From Psilocybe cubensis (taxonomy: Eukaryota): DNA of 64,000 nt. The notes below the pieces were generated by a model. It was not told the origin of the DNA, made no database searches, and saw only the letters and a program-made list of their open reading frames with translations. Of this stretch, positions 12,480 to 26,454 are shown one piece after another; position 1 is the stretch's first letter; every line of letters starts with the position of its first letter. The position numbers and the translations under genes were made by a program. The stretch spans positions 2,108,001 through 2,172,000 of the forward strand of contig CM039005.1 in the NCBI GenBank assembly GCA_017499595.2. The letters are read 5' to 3'.

Positions 12480-14672
12480 GGTTTTTTCGAGCGATGTGAT
12501 GTTTTACACATTTGCTTGTTCATGGTGTGTTCTTTTTTTGCTTTTTTTTTCTTTTTTTACTTCCTTGATTCCTTGATTCCTTGACTGTCCTTTTTTTTAT
12601 GTTATGCTGTTTTTGGATATAATTTTTCTTATATGGTTTATTTTAATAGCAGTTTTTTTGTCTTGTCGTCCGTCGTCGTCGTGGCCGTCAGCGTTTTTCG
12701 TCGCCGTCTCACCTCATTGTTTCGTCTCTCTGTCTCTGTCTACTCTCTCTGTCTACTCTCCTGTCTACTCTTCCAACTATCACTACCATTACCACTATCA
12801 ACCGTGCTTTTTTGTCGTCCTTCCCTGGGGCTGATGTGTGATTGTTGATGTTCCTGTCGCTGTGGAGAAGGAAGAATGAAGAATGAACCATCAACGTCAT
12901 TTAACGCTCAATTTCACCCTCAACGCTCAACTTCACAATCAACTTCACCGTCAACCTTAGTCTCAACCTCGCCATCAGCGTGTAACTCTTTAATTCTGGC
13001 GAATGTCGTTTGGTACCCTATCGTCGTCGTCGTCGAGAGGGAGGGATAGTTGTGTCGTCTTTTTTCTTTTCTATGTTTTCCTCTTCTCATTTTTCATTTT
13101 TTTCATTCTATTTCTTTCCTTTTCTCTTCTACTTCAACTTCTTCTCTTTTACTTTTTCTCTTTCTTCTACTTCCTACTTTCACCCACAATTCACAATTCC
13201 ACAATTCCGCAAATTCCGCAAAATTTCCCCCCATAAAACCCCGCTCACCAAAGGGGTTGTCCGGTGGCTTTTTGACCTTCAATTGGGCCCGTATATCGTT
13301 GCATCGCATTCGCATTCGCATCGTTTTCGTGTAGGGAAGAAAATTCGCAGTCACAATCACAATCGCAATCGCACCAAACAACAACATCATCAACAGAACC
13401 ACAACACACAATCACACCTATCACACCAAACATACCGATATAACAGCAAATCACAGCAGCGACGTACGATATGTAATTTCAGTATACACTCACCCTCTCA
13501 CCCCTTTCCCCCTCAGTCCCGCCCCCCTGCCGCCCTAACACGGCACGGGCAGTCTCATCCCATATCCCATATTCCATTCTCCATGTTCCCACTGGGTGCT
13601 GATATCGGACCTACTTGTCGGCCATTGAAGAAAGAAAACGCTTGTGTCAAATGACCTTCGGAATTTTTTTTTTGACGTGTTTCATTTCTTCTTTTATATT
13701 GTTTTCTTTTTTTTTTTCTTTTTTCTTTTTGTGATCTCTTTTTCTTTCCCTTTGATCCGAATTTTCTTTCCCTTTGCTCCGAGTTTTGTCTTTCGTCTTC
13801 CGACTTTCGAGTTTCGTTTCGTTTCGTCTTTGCAGTCCCGTTATCCTATTTAACATATGTGCGCGTGCACACACACACGCGCGCACGCGCACCTCTACGA
13901 CTTTGTGTTGAATCGTGGCTTGAAGGTGTCGTGGGCTGAGGAGAGGAGGGAATCCCTTGTGCTTTCTGTTTTTTTGGAGATCTCTTTCTCTAGCCCCCAC
14001 TGTCGGTGTTGTGTTTCGAGCCATAATTTGATTGCAGAGTGTATTGTATTGTATTGTATTTGTATGGTGTTTTGGTGTAGTTGTGGGTTGAGTTGAGGGG
14101 AGTTGGGGTGGTGGTGGAGGAGGTAGTGGTGGTGGTGGTTTTGGAGAGGTCGGTTTGGGTTGACGGTGGTAGTCGTGGTTTTTGTTGTAGTCGTGGTGTG
14201 TAGTGTGGTGGTGGTGTGAGCGGTATCTACATATGCAACCTTTTCTCCTCTCCTCTCAGTTCTGTTTCGGATGTCTTTGACTTTATTTATTTGTCTTCTC
14301 TGTTTTTATTTATTTTGTCCTTTGAACTTTAATACGCTCGTTGTCGTCTCGTGTAGTGTCGTGTCGAGTTGCGTCGAGCGTGCGTTTTTTTCTCTTTCCC
14401 CTTTCCCATTCAGATCCTATCCCATTAAATTTTACCTCCTTTTCTTTCCTTTTCTTTCCATTACCCAATCAATGATCATTAAATCGATATTCGATTGATC
14501 TTCGTCTTCGTCTATGCCTTCACCTTCACCTTCGTCTATGCCTTTGCCTCTACTTTTGCCCCTATCTTTGCCTTTGCCCTTTGCGTTTGCCTTTGCGTTT
14601 GCCTTTGACTTTTGACTTTTGACTTTTGTCTGCGTCTGTACGTGTTAAACGTGTGTAGTACTTATATGTGTA

Positions 14673-14703
<31 letters not shown>

Positions 14704-14900
14704 GATTACTGAGTATATACTACTGCATTTGCATTTGCGTACTGTGCTTTTAAACTTTTCATTTGTGGGGACGCGTCGTTTTCTGTCTCCGACTTAAAAT
14801 TTGATGTGTTGAAATTTCGAGTTTGGCGCGGCTCTTTTTTCTCTCTTGTGATTCTTTTTTTCTCTTTTGATCATGTATGACTTGGATGTGTCTCAGGTTG
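12480..14900. repeat. Low-complexity, microsatellite-rich noncoding tract
   Basis: Poly-T runs, (TATG)n near 14677-14702, and gccttt/gacttt, gtggtg and cacaat repeats. The ORFs here are compositional artefacts. Confidence 0.75.
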
Positions 14901-15294
14901 TATACAAACCACACGATTGAAACTTTAGTGCAAATATCTACTACTACAAGATGTCATGGTGAGCACTATAGTGCTATTTCGATCGATTTTATTTTGACAA
15001 AGGGGTGCCACCAGTGTTAATTTACCAACCAGAAAATCGTGCAATTTCGTGAAATAGATCGGCAGCGCAGCGCTCGCCACGGGCTCACCCGGCGTGATTC
15101 CTGCATAGCACTCAGCACTGTAAAAATTAACTGCTACGTTTTAACTTCTGTGGTCCGAAATAGCCTATAGGCGCCTCATGTCTCCTGCCCCCACGAGCCT
15201 GCAGCTGCATCATTGAATCGTTGACTTTCAACCTCCTCACAATTCGGCGAACAGAGGCCAGTTTCCAGCTGTATTTTGATCTAGACTTGGGCAG

Positions 15295-18200
15295 ATGGGT
15301 AATCGCGCGTCGTCGTCTCGAGGTGCTACTACTAGTGAGCAAGACAAAGCACGAGATCAAGGATTGGCGGGTCACACTCAGGGTCGTCGTGAGCGCCGGG
15401 ACAATGCTGTGGATATGGAATCAATGGAATACTCGAGACAACAGCAGCAGAGGCAGCAGCAGCGAGAGAGACAGAGAGAGCTTCCGTCGGAGATGATGAT
15501 CGCGCCAGGCGCCCATACTGGTCATCGCGAGCGCCAGGCCGACGCTGGTGCAATGGTGTCAATGGACTCGACGCAACAACAGCACCAGCGGCGGAGGCAG
15601 CGGCAGCTACAGCCGGAGATGAGGATCCCGGGACCTCCTCAAGGCGATCAGTAAGACGTTCTTTGCTATCCAGCCCCCGCTTAACACTTTGACGTTGTGC
15701 ATGATCAGCGCGATTGCTACAGCTGCCATGTTTGGATCGGCGGAGAATACGCAAGTTCATGGTGGAACGTTTACTGCTCATCATGGGCCTCAAGCATCTT
15801 TTGTTGTCAATATACACAGTATGCCGTTTTCTTTTTCTTTTTTCTTTTTTGGCCTTGCTGATTTGAGTAGATGGACCTCAGACTCCGTTAGGAAGTGAGG
15901 CTCAGAGGCATCAGACAGGTGGGCGTCCCCGACGCGCGCGTTCGCCGCGAGATCATCCCCTACCTCCCATTGTGAGTGCATCTCAATTATGCAATTCCGG
16001 GTCTAATATCTTCTTTAGCCTCCTCAGGAGGAAGAACCAATAGGCGTTCGTCACCATCAATCAGTTGAGCCGCGTATTCGGTGTGTTCAAAGGAGCAACC
16101 AAGTCTACGAACAACACCTGCTTCAGAAGGGACGAGGGCATCCTCTTTGGATACCGCAGCCCAATATACATCTTCCAACGCCTTACCGAGTAAAAGGTGT
16201 GTGCATCGGTGATGTTGGGATCATCACTTCGGATGGCGCTTTCGACTTTTTGTTCAACATATGTCTGTCTGCGACGGATCCAATCCACTCAGGCCAGCTT
16301 CCAGCGGGGTTTGTTCCGGTAGACCCGCCGTTAGGCGTAAAGGATACTCGGGCGTACAAGGAATTTACAAATGGAAGCTACCTGGCTAGCTCCACGATAC
16401 AAAAGGTCCTCACACAACGCAGGCAAGTAAATATTGATGATTCTTCTATGTCAATTTCAAGTACAAATATTGACGTCCCTTTCAGCGGATTCTCATTCGA
16501 ATCTTCGGCCTCGGAAGGCTCTGTATTAACGATGCCGGAAGGCGCGTATAAAGAAGAGCTCAACAACATATCAAAATTCCGCAACCACATTGCAATCCAC
16601 GCAGAGAGCTGGTATAGATTCGCGAACGGGCCTTGCGGTCGCGAAATCCAGAATGGCGACTTGCGGCTGGTGATTGGATGTGATAAAACGACGTATTGGG
16701 GAATCGCGACCTTTTACGACGTTGTCCAGCAGAAGAACCTGCGATTGCACTACGTTGCTCGACAGGGGGCCGATGGGCGTCGGATTCCGGACAAGACTTA
16801 CAGTTGGGAACATAATGGAGGGGCGGAAGTCCGAGTTGGACCTGATCGTGAAGAGAACGACGACATACTGAGCGAACCTGGCCAAGGTCCTCTCCTAAAC
16901 CAATGCCTTTTCTTGCGAACCCTCACAGTCACCCTTTCTGAGGATCTTTGGCATGGTGTACAACGTAGCCTCGGAGTTGATGTCAAGGTGGATGAATCTG
17001 AGCCATCATCGGGGAGTACTTCGCAAACTCAAAAACCATCCCCTGCGGTATCCACCCAAGATACATCTTATCTGAGAAGAGAAATACAAGGATCGCGAAA
17101 TCACAGCAATCAGTCGACTTCTTTGGCCATTCAGAACGCGGATAATGTTATTATACAACCTTCAACACCGTCTTCTGTGAGCTATTGACATGGTCCACTC
17201 TAAAAGAATGACCTAATCGAGAACCTCTTACCAGCCCACGGTTCATTTGGCAAAAGTAGTCAACGAGTTTCTGTTGAAAGAGGTGAAGATGTGTTCCTGT
17301 CAGCTCGATTTTTCCTACTGATATCAACATGAATCATAGAAACCTGAAGCCAAGGTTGCCATAGTCAATGACAAGGATTGGTATTCCATTCTATCCTCGA
17401 ATGTAAATTTGCAGTCACTCCGCGAGTCCCAATCCGGCCTCCTATTATCCGAAATTCGCAAAACAAATGACATCTATGTGTCTGATGGTCAGCCAATGAT
17501 TATATGACTTCATCTGCTTTTTTTAAGACTCGTTTTTAGGTGTTGTATATCTCGAGCCGAAAGGACAAAATTTGGAGAGTCTCAGTCCTGAGACGGTATC
17601 TTTGGTCAATGAATTGATAGACGGGTCAATTCCACTCTTAGATTACCTATTCGGCAGATCTGGGAGGCTTCAAATGCGTCACAAAATCGTCAAAGAGCTT
17701 GGATTGAAGATTTTAGAGAACTTTGTTATTGATGGAGATGGAGATATGGGTACACTTCGGAAACAGCTTGAAGGCATGCTATATGAATCTCACAATAATT
17801 TTGCTGATGCCCTGCAAAACCTCCTTGAAGAGATATCTACTATGGAACCCGAAGTTGAACTACGATGGCAGACGAATGATGCATCCCATCGGGCCTTCCT
17901 AGAGGTGCATCCGCGAAGTTATCTATGTCTTGACGACATTATACGGTCCATCAAGGTCTCCAGAGCCACCAGTCTCCCGATTCAACTTGCCCCTCTTGAA
18001 ACAATACAGGACCTTCGAGACAGGTTTCACACGTATTCCACATCATTTGTAGTGGAAAGTCAGATTTCCCTGCTGCTAAAACTGGCAAATTCTCTACTAA
18101 ATAGGTATCTGAATCTCCATCAAAGCGATGATCTTGACCAGGCCATTTTCTACTATGAGGAGGCTTACACATCGTGGTCCCCAATCCAGTCATACCAACA

Positions 18201-20385
18201 AGTAGAGGCATTGCTCGGTCTTTGCTCCTCTCATTACTGGCGACTGCTATTAACGCACAAAGTCGATGATCTTATTGCGCTAATCAAGCTCATTGAAGCT
18301 CAAAGCAACATTGATCGCGTACAGTTGACTGTACCTAAAAGAAACATCTCCAATAACAACGATACACAATGTATGTCTGCATTTTTAGCTTTGGATATAT
18401 GGTCTGTGGATTTCTAACCCATATCATGTTTAGTGGCAGCCGATGTGATAATGATTCCCGCACGCAGGCCCGAAACATACTACAGCGACAATGAATCTTT
18501 TGAATACTTAATTTTTGACGACACGCCTGAACTTGAATCATCTTGGAGTTATTCCATAAACTCTTCCACCATTTCACCCGGTTAGCTTCCGCATCCACAG
18601 TCATTTGATGCATAAGTTATTGTTGTGCTAATTCATCGATGAATATCCTTTAGATATACGAAATCTAATGTCCAAAGAACTCGAGGAGGCGAACCGTATA
18701 TTCCAATTGGGTGTTACAAGGAATATTATTGAAGATTACCTGGTTGACTGCTTTCGCAAGATCAAGGAGGCACACCCGAAAAGAAAGACTCTTAGCATCG
18801 GAGAATGGCCCCAAGGCCAGCAGATACAGACGTTGGTCAATTCAGCGTTAGGAAGATTCGTCTATCCCATGACAGTCATGCGCTATGTATCTTCCTCCCG
18901 ACACTCTCCAGCCGACCGTCTTAACACTGTACTCAATGACAAGGAATCTTCCGAGAAGATCAAATCGTTGTGTATGTTGATTCTTCATGAGGCACCTGAC
19001 AATCACGAAATACATCGGATATTGAACTTCATCGCCATCGGCAAGAATTTTATCTGGAGCCCTAGAAATATGGAGGAATACCTTTTCCTGAATCCAGGGG
19101 ACGTACGACGCCTAATGCTTGATTTAGATCCATTGTTGGAGATTGTAGACGATGAGACTGCTATCAAATTCAGGCACCCTTCGTTTCCCGATATGCTCAC
19201 GGGCAGTTCAATGTCATACAGAGGCGCCGAGTCTGTACATGAAGAGTTCGTATATCTCTGCATTCGACACATCAAAAGGTTTCACCAACCAGGTACTTTC
19301 ACCGACGACTGACTCATCTAGTATGCATGTCTAATATGATACATAGGGTGTCCATCTATTGGATATACGGCTGCTGTAGAATACTCCATCAACAACATAA
19401 GCGAGCATATACTTAATTCAGCTTCTTATGATCAGGAATTTCGGTCGACCATATCTGAAGTCCCATATGTCGAATCTCTGATAAATGGGATGTCGACTAT
19501 CCACAGTGGAACATCTTCTACAAAGCTATTATGCGCTTTCTGGAAAGCATTGAACAGGGTAAGGTTGAATCTGACACTTCGTATATCGCTCAAGCTGCAC
19601 ACCTAATTGATTTCTGGCGTAACAGAAGTTCCATGACGATGCGTACAGGCGTCAGCGAGATATATGGGATCAAAGTCTTCTTAGTCGTCTGGAAAAGCTA
19701 TCACCAGATTTTGCAGTAACCTTTTGCATATCGCTGGTGGCGACTAAATGGAGAGTCGTGAACCCTTTGAACATCATAAGACATCTGTCTGCCATTACTT
19801 ATCCAAAGACCTACCAAGATGCCTACTCTCTTGGACAATTTCTATACTACTTGCGCGAAAATGACTCGCAGCATAATTCGTGGACTCCAGACGACGAATA
19901 CCGACAGCTTTTATTGAACTTCTTTTTCGATTCATCGAGGTCAAAGTCATGGTATCTTGACCAGTCAAAAATATCTACAGTCGCTGAGGTGCTGATGAAT
20001 TTTATGGTTCGACCTTGGGACGATACAAAACGCTCGATCAGGTAGGTAACGTAATTTTTGACCTGTACGCAGCTTACCTACAGCTTCTGGTAGTAATCCT
20101 CAGTCATGGCAAAGTATTTTGCTAGCGTTTTCCCATTTGTTGAAACATATCGGTTACAAAAAAGAACTTGTGGACACCCTTTCAGGACCGAATCTTCTGT
20201 TCCGCGTGCACATCGTCAAAAAGCAAACGGACGAAGTATCTGACCTCGTGAAAACGGTGATAGATGCTGTCGAAGAATATATGATCAGGAATGGTACGGG
20301 TTCGGCAGGTGCATTATTCATTCATATTCGAGACGATGCTGAGAAGACCCTGGCCGTTTTCGGAGGAAATAAGGGTGAGATATAG
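15295..20385 (+). CDS. Large mosaic protein: Q/R-rich repeats, amyloid-like motif, putative gasdermin-like domain, TPR-like helices and NACHT C-terminal remnant
   Basis: The exons splice in frame from MGNRAS (15295) to TAG (20385). Motifs: MFGSAENTQVHGGTF; GHPLWIPQPN...GVCIGDVGIITSDGAFDFLFNIC; LRLVIGCDKTTYWGIA; AKVAIVNDKDW; LANSLLNRYLNLHQSDDLDQAIFYYEEA; WPQGQQIQTLVNSALGRFVYPMTVMRYVSS; IKFRHPSFPDML. Confidence 0.75.
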
Positions 20386-20485
20386 CTGTCCATTTGCAAG
20401 AGGGACAGATACGAAGATGGCTGGAAACGTACTATATGTTATTGGTGTCCATGAATCAAACAAACATATTTATGTAGGACGATAC

Positions 20486-22107
<1,622 letters not shown>

Positions 22108-22949
22108 TCAAGTGCATTTTGAACAGAACTACCGTCCAAAGGCGAAAAGCCGCTATTAAATTTGGAGAGTATAAGCCAGCCGATCAGGTTTACTAGATGG
22201 CGATTGGTCTTTTTGAGTAGTAAAAAAGGCTCTCCGCTTGGTAGTCATTGACCAGAAACTCGGAATATTCTGGTAGATGGCATCCAGCGACCTCGTCAAA
22301 GAAAACATCATTCCATGTTCTTAAAGACAAATCCCAGCTTTCCCAAAAGAGATACGTTGCCCAAGATGTGTCATATAAGGATGCAGAAGGTGTGTTTTGA
22401 AACCAGAAGTTGACGACAAAGTCAACACATAATCAGGAGTCCAGTAAAGGAAGGAGTTTTTCACCAAAAGAAAGGCAGTCAGGCTCCGTGCTCAAGAAGT
22501 TCTAGCATTAAAGATGACAGCAAGCTGGTCTCTGAAGTCCGTGTAGCACTACACTGTTTTGTGGTGAGGATCAGAAGAGATTGGAAAATATTCATGAGTG
22601 TCGCCACCGATCTGCACGACCATTAGATTTACGGCTTGTAGTTTCGTGCTGACTTCATTGAAATCGGTGAAGTGACGAGTAAAGTCAGTTAGCAAGTCAG
22701 ATGAGTTGGAATCAGCGTCGTGGATTGCAGTTTCTGCCAAATGCCATCAACGTCCTCGAAGCGTGTCCTTTGGCTGTAAACAAATGCAAAGGCACAGCGA
22801 CCACCGGCTTTTGTTCTAGCCTCCAACACACTCGTTTCCCATGACTCGGAGCTATGCTATACGGCAAAATATCGACCACACGTACTTGAAGAGGTTTCGT
22901 TCGTCCTTTACATAGCTCACGTCCTCAAAGTCGCGTCGGAAGAGACACG

Positions 22950-24642
22950 ATGCCTCCGACACATATCGCAGTGCTGGGTGGGGGTCTCACCGGACTGTCG
23001 TCTGCTATACATCTCGCTCGACGGTTTCCGACATCGAAGATCACACTTCTGGAGAAGCAGGGTAGACTAGGCGGATGGGTTCGCTCAGAACGCGTGGATT
23101 TGCCGCAAATTGGTGCATCTGTATTGCTGGAGGGGGGACCAAGGTCATTGCGACCTAACGGCAAATCGGTCCTTGAACTGGTCAGTCATCTTTTGCTTCT
23201 TAAAATTCATCGTCAGCTGAACCCAATAGGTAGATAAATCTACTGAAACTGCAGGACGAAGTCATCACAGTTCCAAAAACCGCCCCTCCTGCAAAGGCTC
23301 GTTTCCTATATATCCCGAAGTCCAATGGCTATTCAGGACCCTCTGGCCTGCAGCGTATACCGTCATCCATCTTTTCCATGCTTTCCTCCCCATTGGCATC
23401 AGTGATGCTACCAGCCGTTCTATTCGAACCCTTCAAACGTTACAATCGACCTAGTAACATCCGTGATGAGAGCGTGGATTCCTTCTTCACCCGCCGGCTC
23501 GGGGAAACCTTTGCTCGAGTTTTTGGAAGTGCGCTGGTACACGGAATATATGCTACAGACTCTCGAAAGCTGAGCGTTCGTGCCGCTTTCCCCTCTATAT
23601 GGGAAGCGGAAGAGCGAGGGCGGGGAAGTATTGTACGGGGATTTCTTACACCCAAGAAAAAGAAAGATTTGGCTGAGGAGGAAACGTACGATTTAGGTGA
23701 CGTCCCCGAAATCATGCGCGGAATATCCGTATATTCTTTTAGAGATGGCATGGAGACGTTGACCAAGGCCATGGAACGTAATCTGGAGACCACACCCAAC
23801 GTCGGCATCACAAAAAATGCGCATGTATCCAGCCTTAAGCTACTGGAGGACCAGGAAGTGGAGGTATGATTTCCCCTATTATTTCAATTCTTTTGATAAA
23901 TACATTCTTTTAGGTCGCACACTCCCAAGGAACGCCCTTGATAGCAAGTCATGTTGTGTCTGCCTTGCCCCTCCAGGTGCTATACAATCTCATACATGAC
24001 CGCAACAATACACTGTTGGTCCCCAATTTGAACAAAAATCCATATTCCACCGTGCATGTCGTCAACATGGTATTCCCATTGCCCCCGAAAGATATCCATC
24101 CTGAAGGATTCGGATACCTCATTCCACGCCCACCTGATGGCTACCCCGACGCATCGAATCCATCTGCTTCAGGTGTTCTTGGGACTGTCTTCGATTCGTG
24201 CTCTCTATATGAACAGGATTTCCCTCGAACAGAAAATTATTACAACAATGCCTCGCATACGAAGTTGACTATGATGACCGGAGGTCCTTATTCCAAACCA
24301 CCTCTTCCGCCACACCTTAGTTCATCCGAAACGGACGTCATGCCCCCTTTCATACGTAATCTTCTTGACCAACTAAAGACGCAGTTAGGAAAAGAGTTGC
24401 CTGACCCCGTTTATTGGCGGATATGGAATAATGAAGCTTGCATCCCAACGCTTCTTCCTGGTCATCTTGAACGAATGGAGGAAATGAGGGCCCAGTTGGG
24501 ACTTTCGTCGACACCGGGTTCATTTGATAGAGATTCTGGGGGTTGGAAAGCACATTTGGCTGTTGTGGGTGCTGGAGTCGGTGGTGTCAGCGTTGGTGAT
24601 TGTATAGAAGCTGGTCGACAAGTCGGGAGGGAATGGACATGA
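22950..24642 (+). CDS. HEM14: Protoporphyrinogen oxidase
   Basis: FAD motif AVLGGGLTGLSSA, RLGGWVRS, LEGGPRSLRP, DESVDSFFTRRLG, ALVHGIYA, GFGYLIPR, LGTVFDS and GVGGVSVGDCI. Confidence 0.9.
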
Positions 24643-26454
24643 ACATGGGACTGCCATTCGCCCCATCCCATTTTCCAAAGCAGAAATTTAATTACCTCTG
24701 GCCCCAAATTTTGGCACTGCCTCAAAGGTCCTTACGAGCGAGTGTAACCCAAGATTGCATAGAGCAGTGAGCGGAATAAAATCTCCCTGGCATGAAGAAG
24801 GGTTTCTGATTGCGATTCGAAATGCCTGATACGGCATGGTGAGCCAATAAGTTACAATATCAGACCTAGACCTGTTGGCGCCACCTTGCGTAGACTTGAA
24901 AACTCTGCGTATGGAAGCACGTTTTGTCCCGGCTGGGCTACATATATTGATTGCACTGTGGCGGGCTGTTGCCAATTTACCGCTATCGGGCTCTCAGCCT
25001 CCATTCCTCTGACTCCTGGGTAGCCCGCTAGAGAACCTCACCTTGTGCTTGCTGGGTAAATGGGTAAGCAACCTACATCATTCAGCCGCATGCCCTTTGC
25101 CAATTATGTGGTAAGGTCAACGTACATCAATCGAATGGCATATCAAGATATCAGGAGTACAGTTGTTGTACGTGTACGGTAATTTTGTAGGGCTGGGGTT
25201 GGGATACCGTATGATCTCGCAGAGGATAATAAAAACACCATAAGTTGACCGTTAATTGCATGGCAAGGCAGTATGTTGTAAAAACTGACTGCGTTTGGTC
25301 CAATTTGAAAGTCGGCAATTGCCAGATGTCCGATGTCTGATCAGTCCCGGACATTTCCGTGACGCCGTTTGAAACCGTAGCCAAACCGTAGCCCGCTTTT
25401 CCTTCACTCTTCACTTCAAGTTTCCCTGAAGTTGACTTGTTCTTGATGCAGGATTCTCGCAAAAGCATAACTGAAGTGATCCTTACTACCTTTGCGCTTA
25501 AACAGTCACAGATAAGAGTTCGCCCCGCTGCCGTAAACGATGAAGCTGACAACAAAAACAGAGTATGACCCATGTTCTATCACGGTTTAGGCTAGGGTAA
25601 CTAAGACGGTTTTTCTAGTCACTGAACTCATAATCTTTGTCAGTAAACGTAGGTAGCACTGTCAATTGAATTCAGCTTTTTTTACATCTCATGATCCACC
25701 AATCTCCGAAATCAACCATACGGAAATCCTGGCCAGCGCTCAAACTTCTTGAAACTTGACTGTTGCAACGTCTGATTATCCCGAACAGACTGTCTGTCGC
25801 AGTGTCAGTAAATGTGCTGTTGAAAGGAAATGACCAAAGTCATGACAATGAATGAACACCACCCATCGGCTGAGGTGCGATATATAATTAAATAACTTTA
25901 TCTTTGGAATGCAGAGGAAATAGAACCAATTCTCCGATGGACGCGTGTATGGTGAGGTTAGGATATTCTCAATGCCTAACGATGGATTGCTTCTCTTCAA
26001 TCTTGTGTATCTGTCACCGAAGCCATTTTCGAAGTTCGTATCTATCATCGGTGAGTCCATCTCTTTGTACACGCGTTGAAAAGAGTCCATTTTGTTCTTA
26101 GGATCAAGGCACAGAATCTACAGGTTCTGCTTTGTGGAGTCTGATTAGTGGGTGTGCTATTAACCTTCATTACACTGATTCTTGCGGCGCACTGCGGCTC
26201 CATCTGGAAGCGCCGCGGGGTGGTTTTTTTATAGAACCACTTATGTACTTCTTTAACGCCGGCCCGACCTTGAATAGAACTTCTGGTCCTGCCTTAATCG
26301 TATCGATTACAATTCCAGCCGATACCAGACAACGATCCCATCGTAAAGGTGACCGGACGCCTTGTTTCTTTCCGAGCCATTTTTAGTCCAAATACATATA
26401 AAATGGCGCGTAAACATCTCCCTCTCCAAGGTCCCGCTACCCCTGTTCCTCGCA

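Noticed and set aside
12604-14498. Many 60-214-aa Phe/Ser- or Lys/Glu-rich ORFs
   Set aside because: Explained by poly-T and microsatellite composition; no domain signal.
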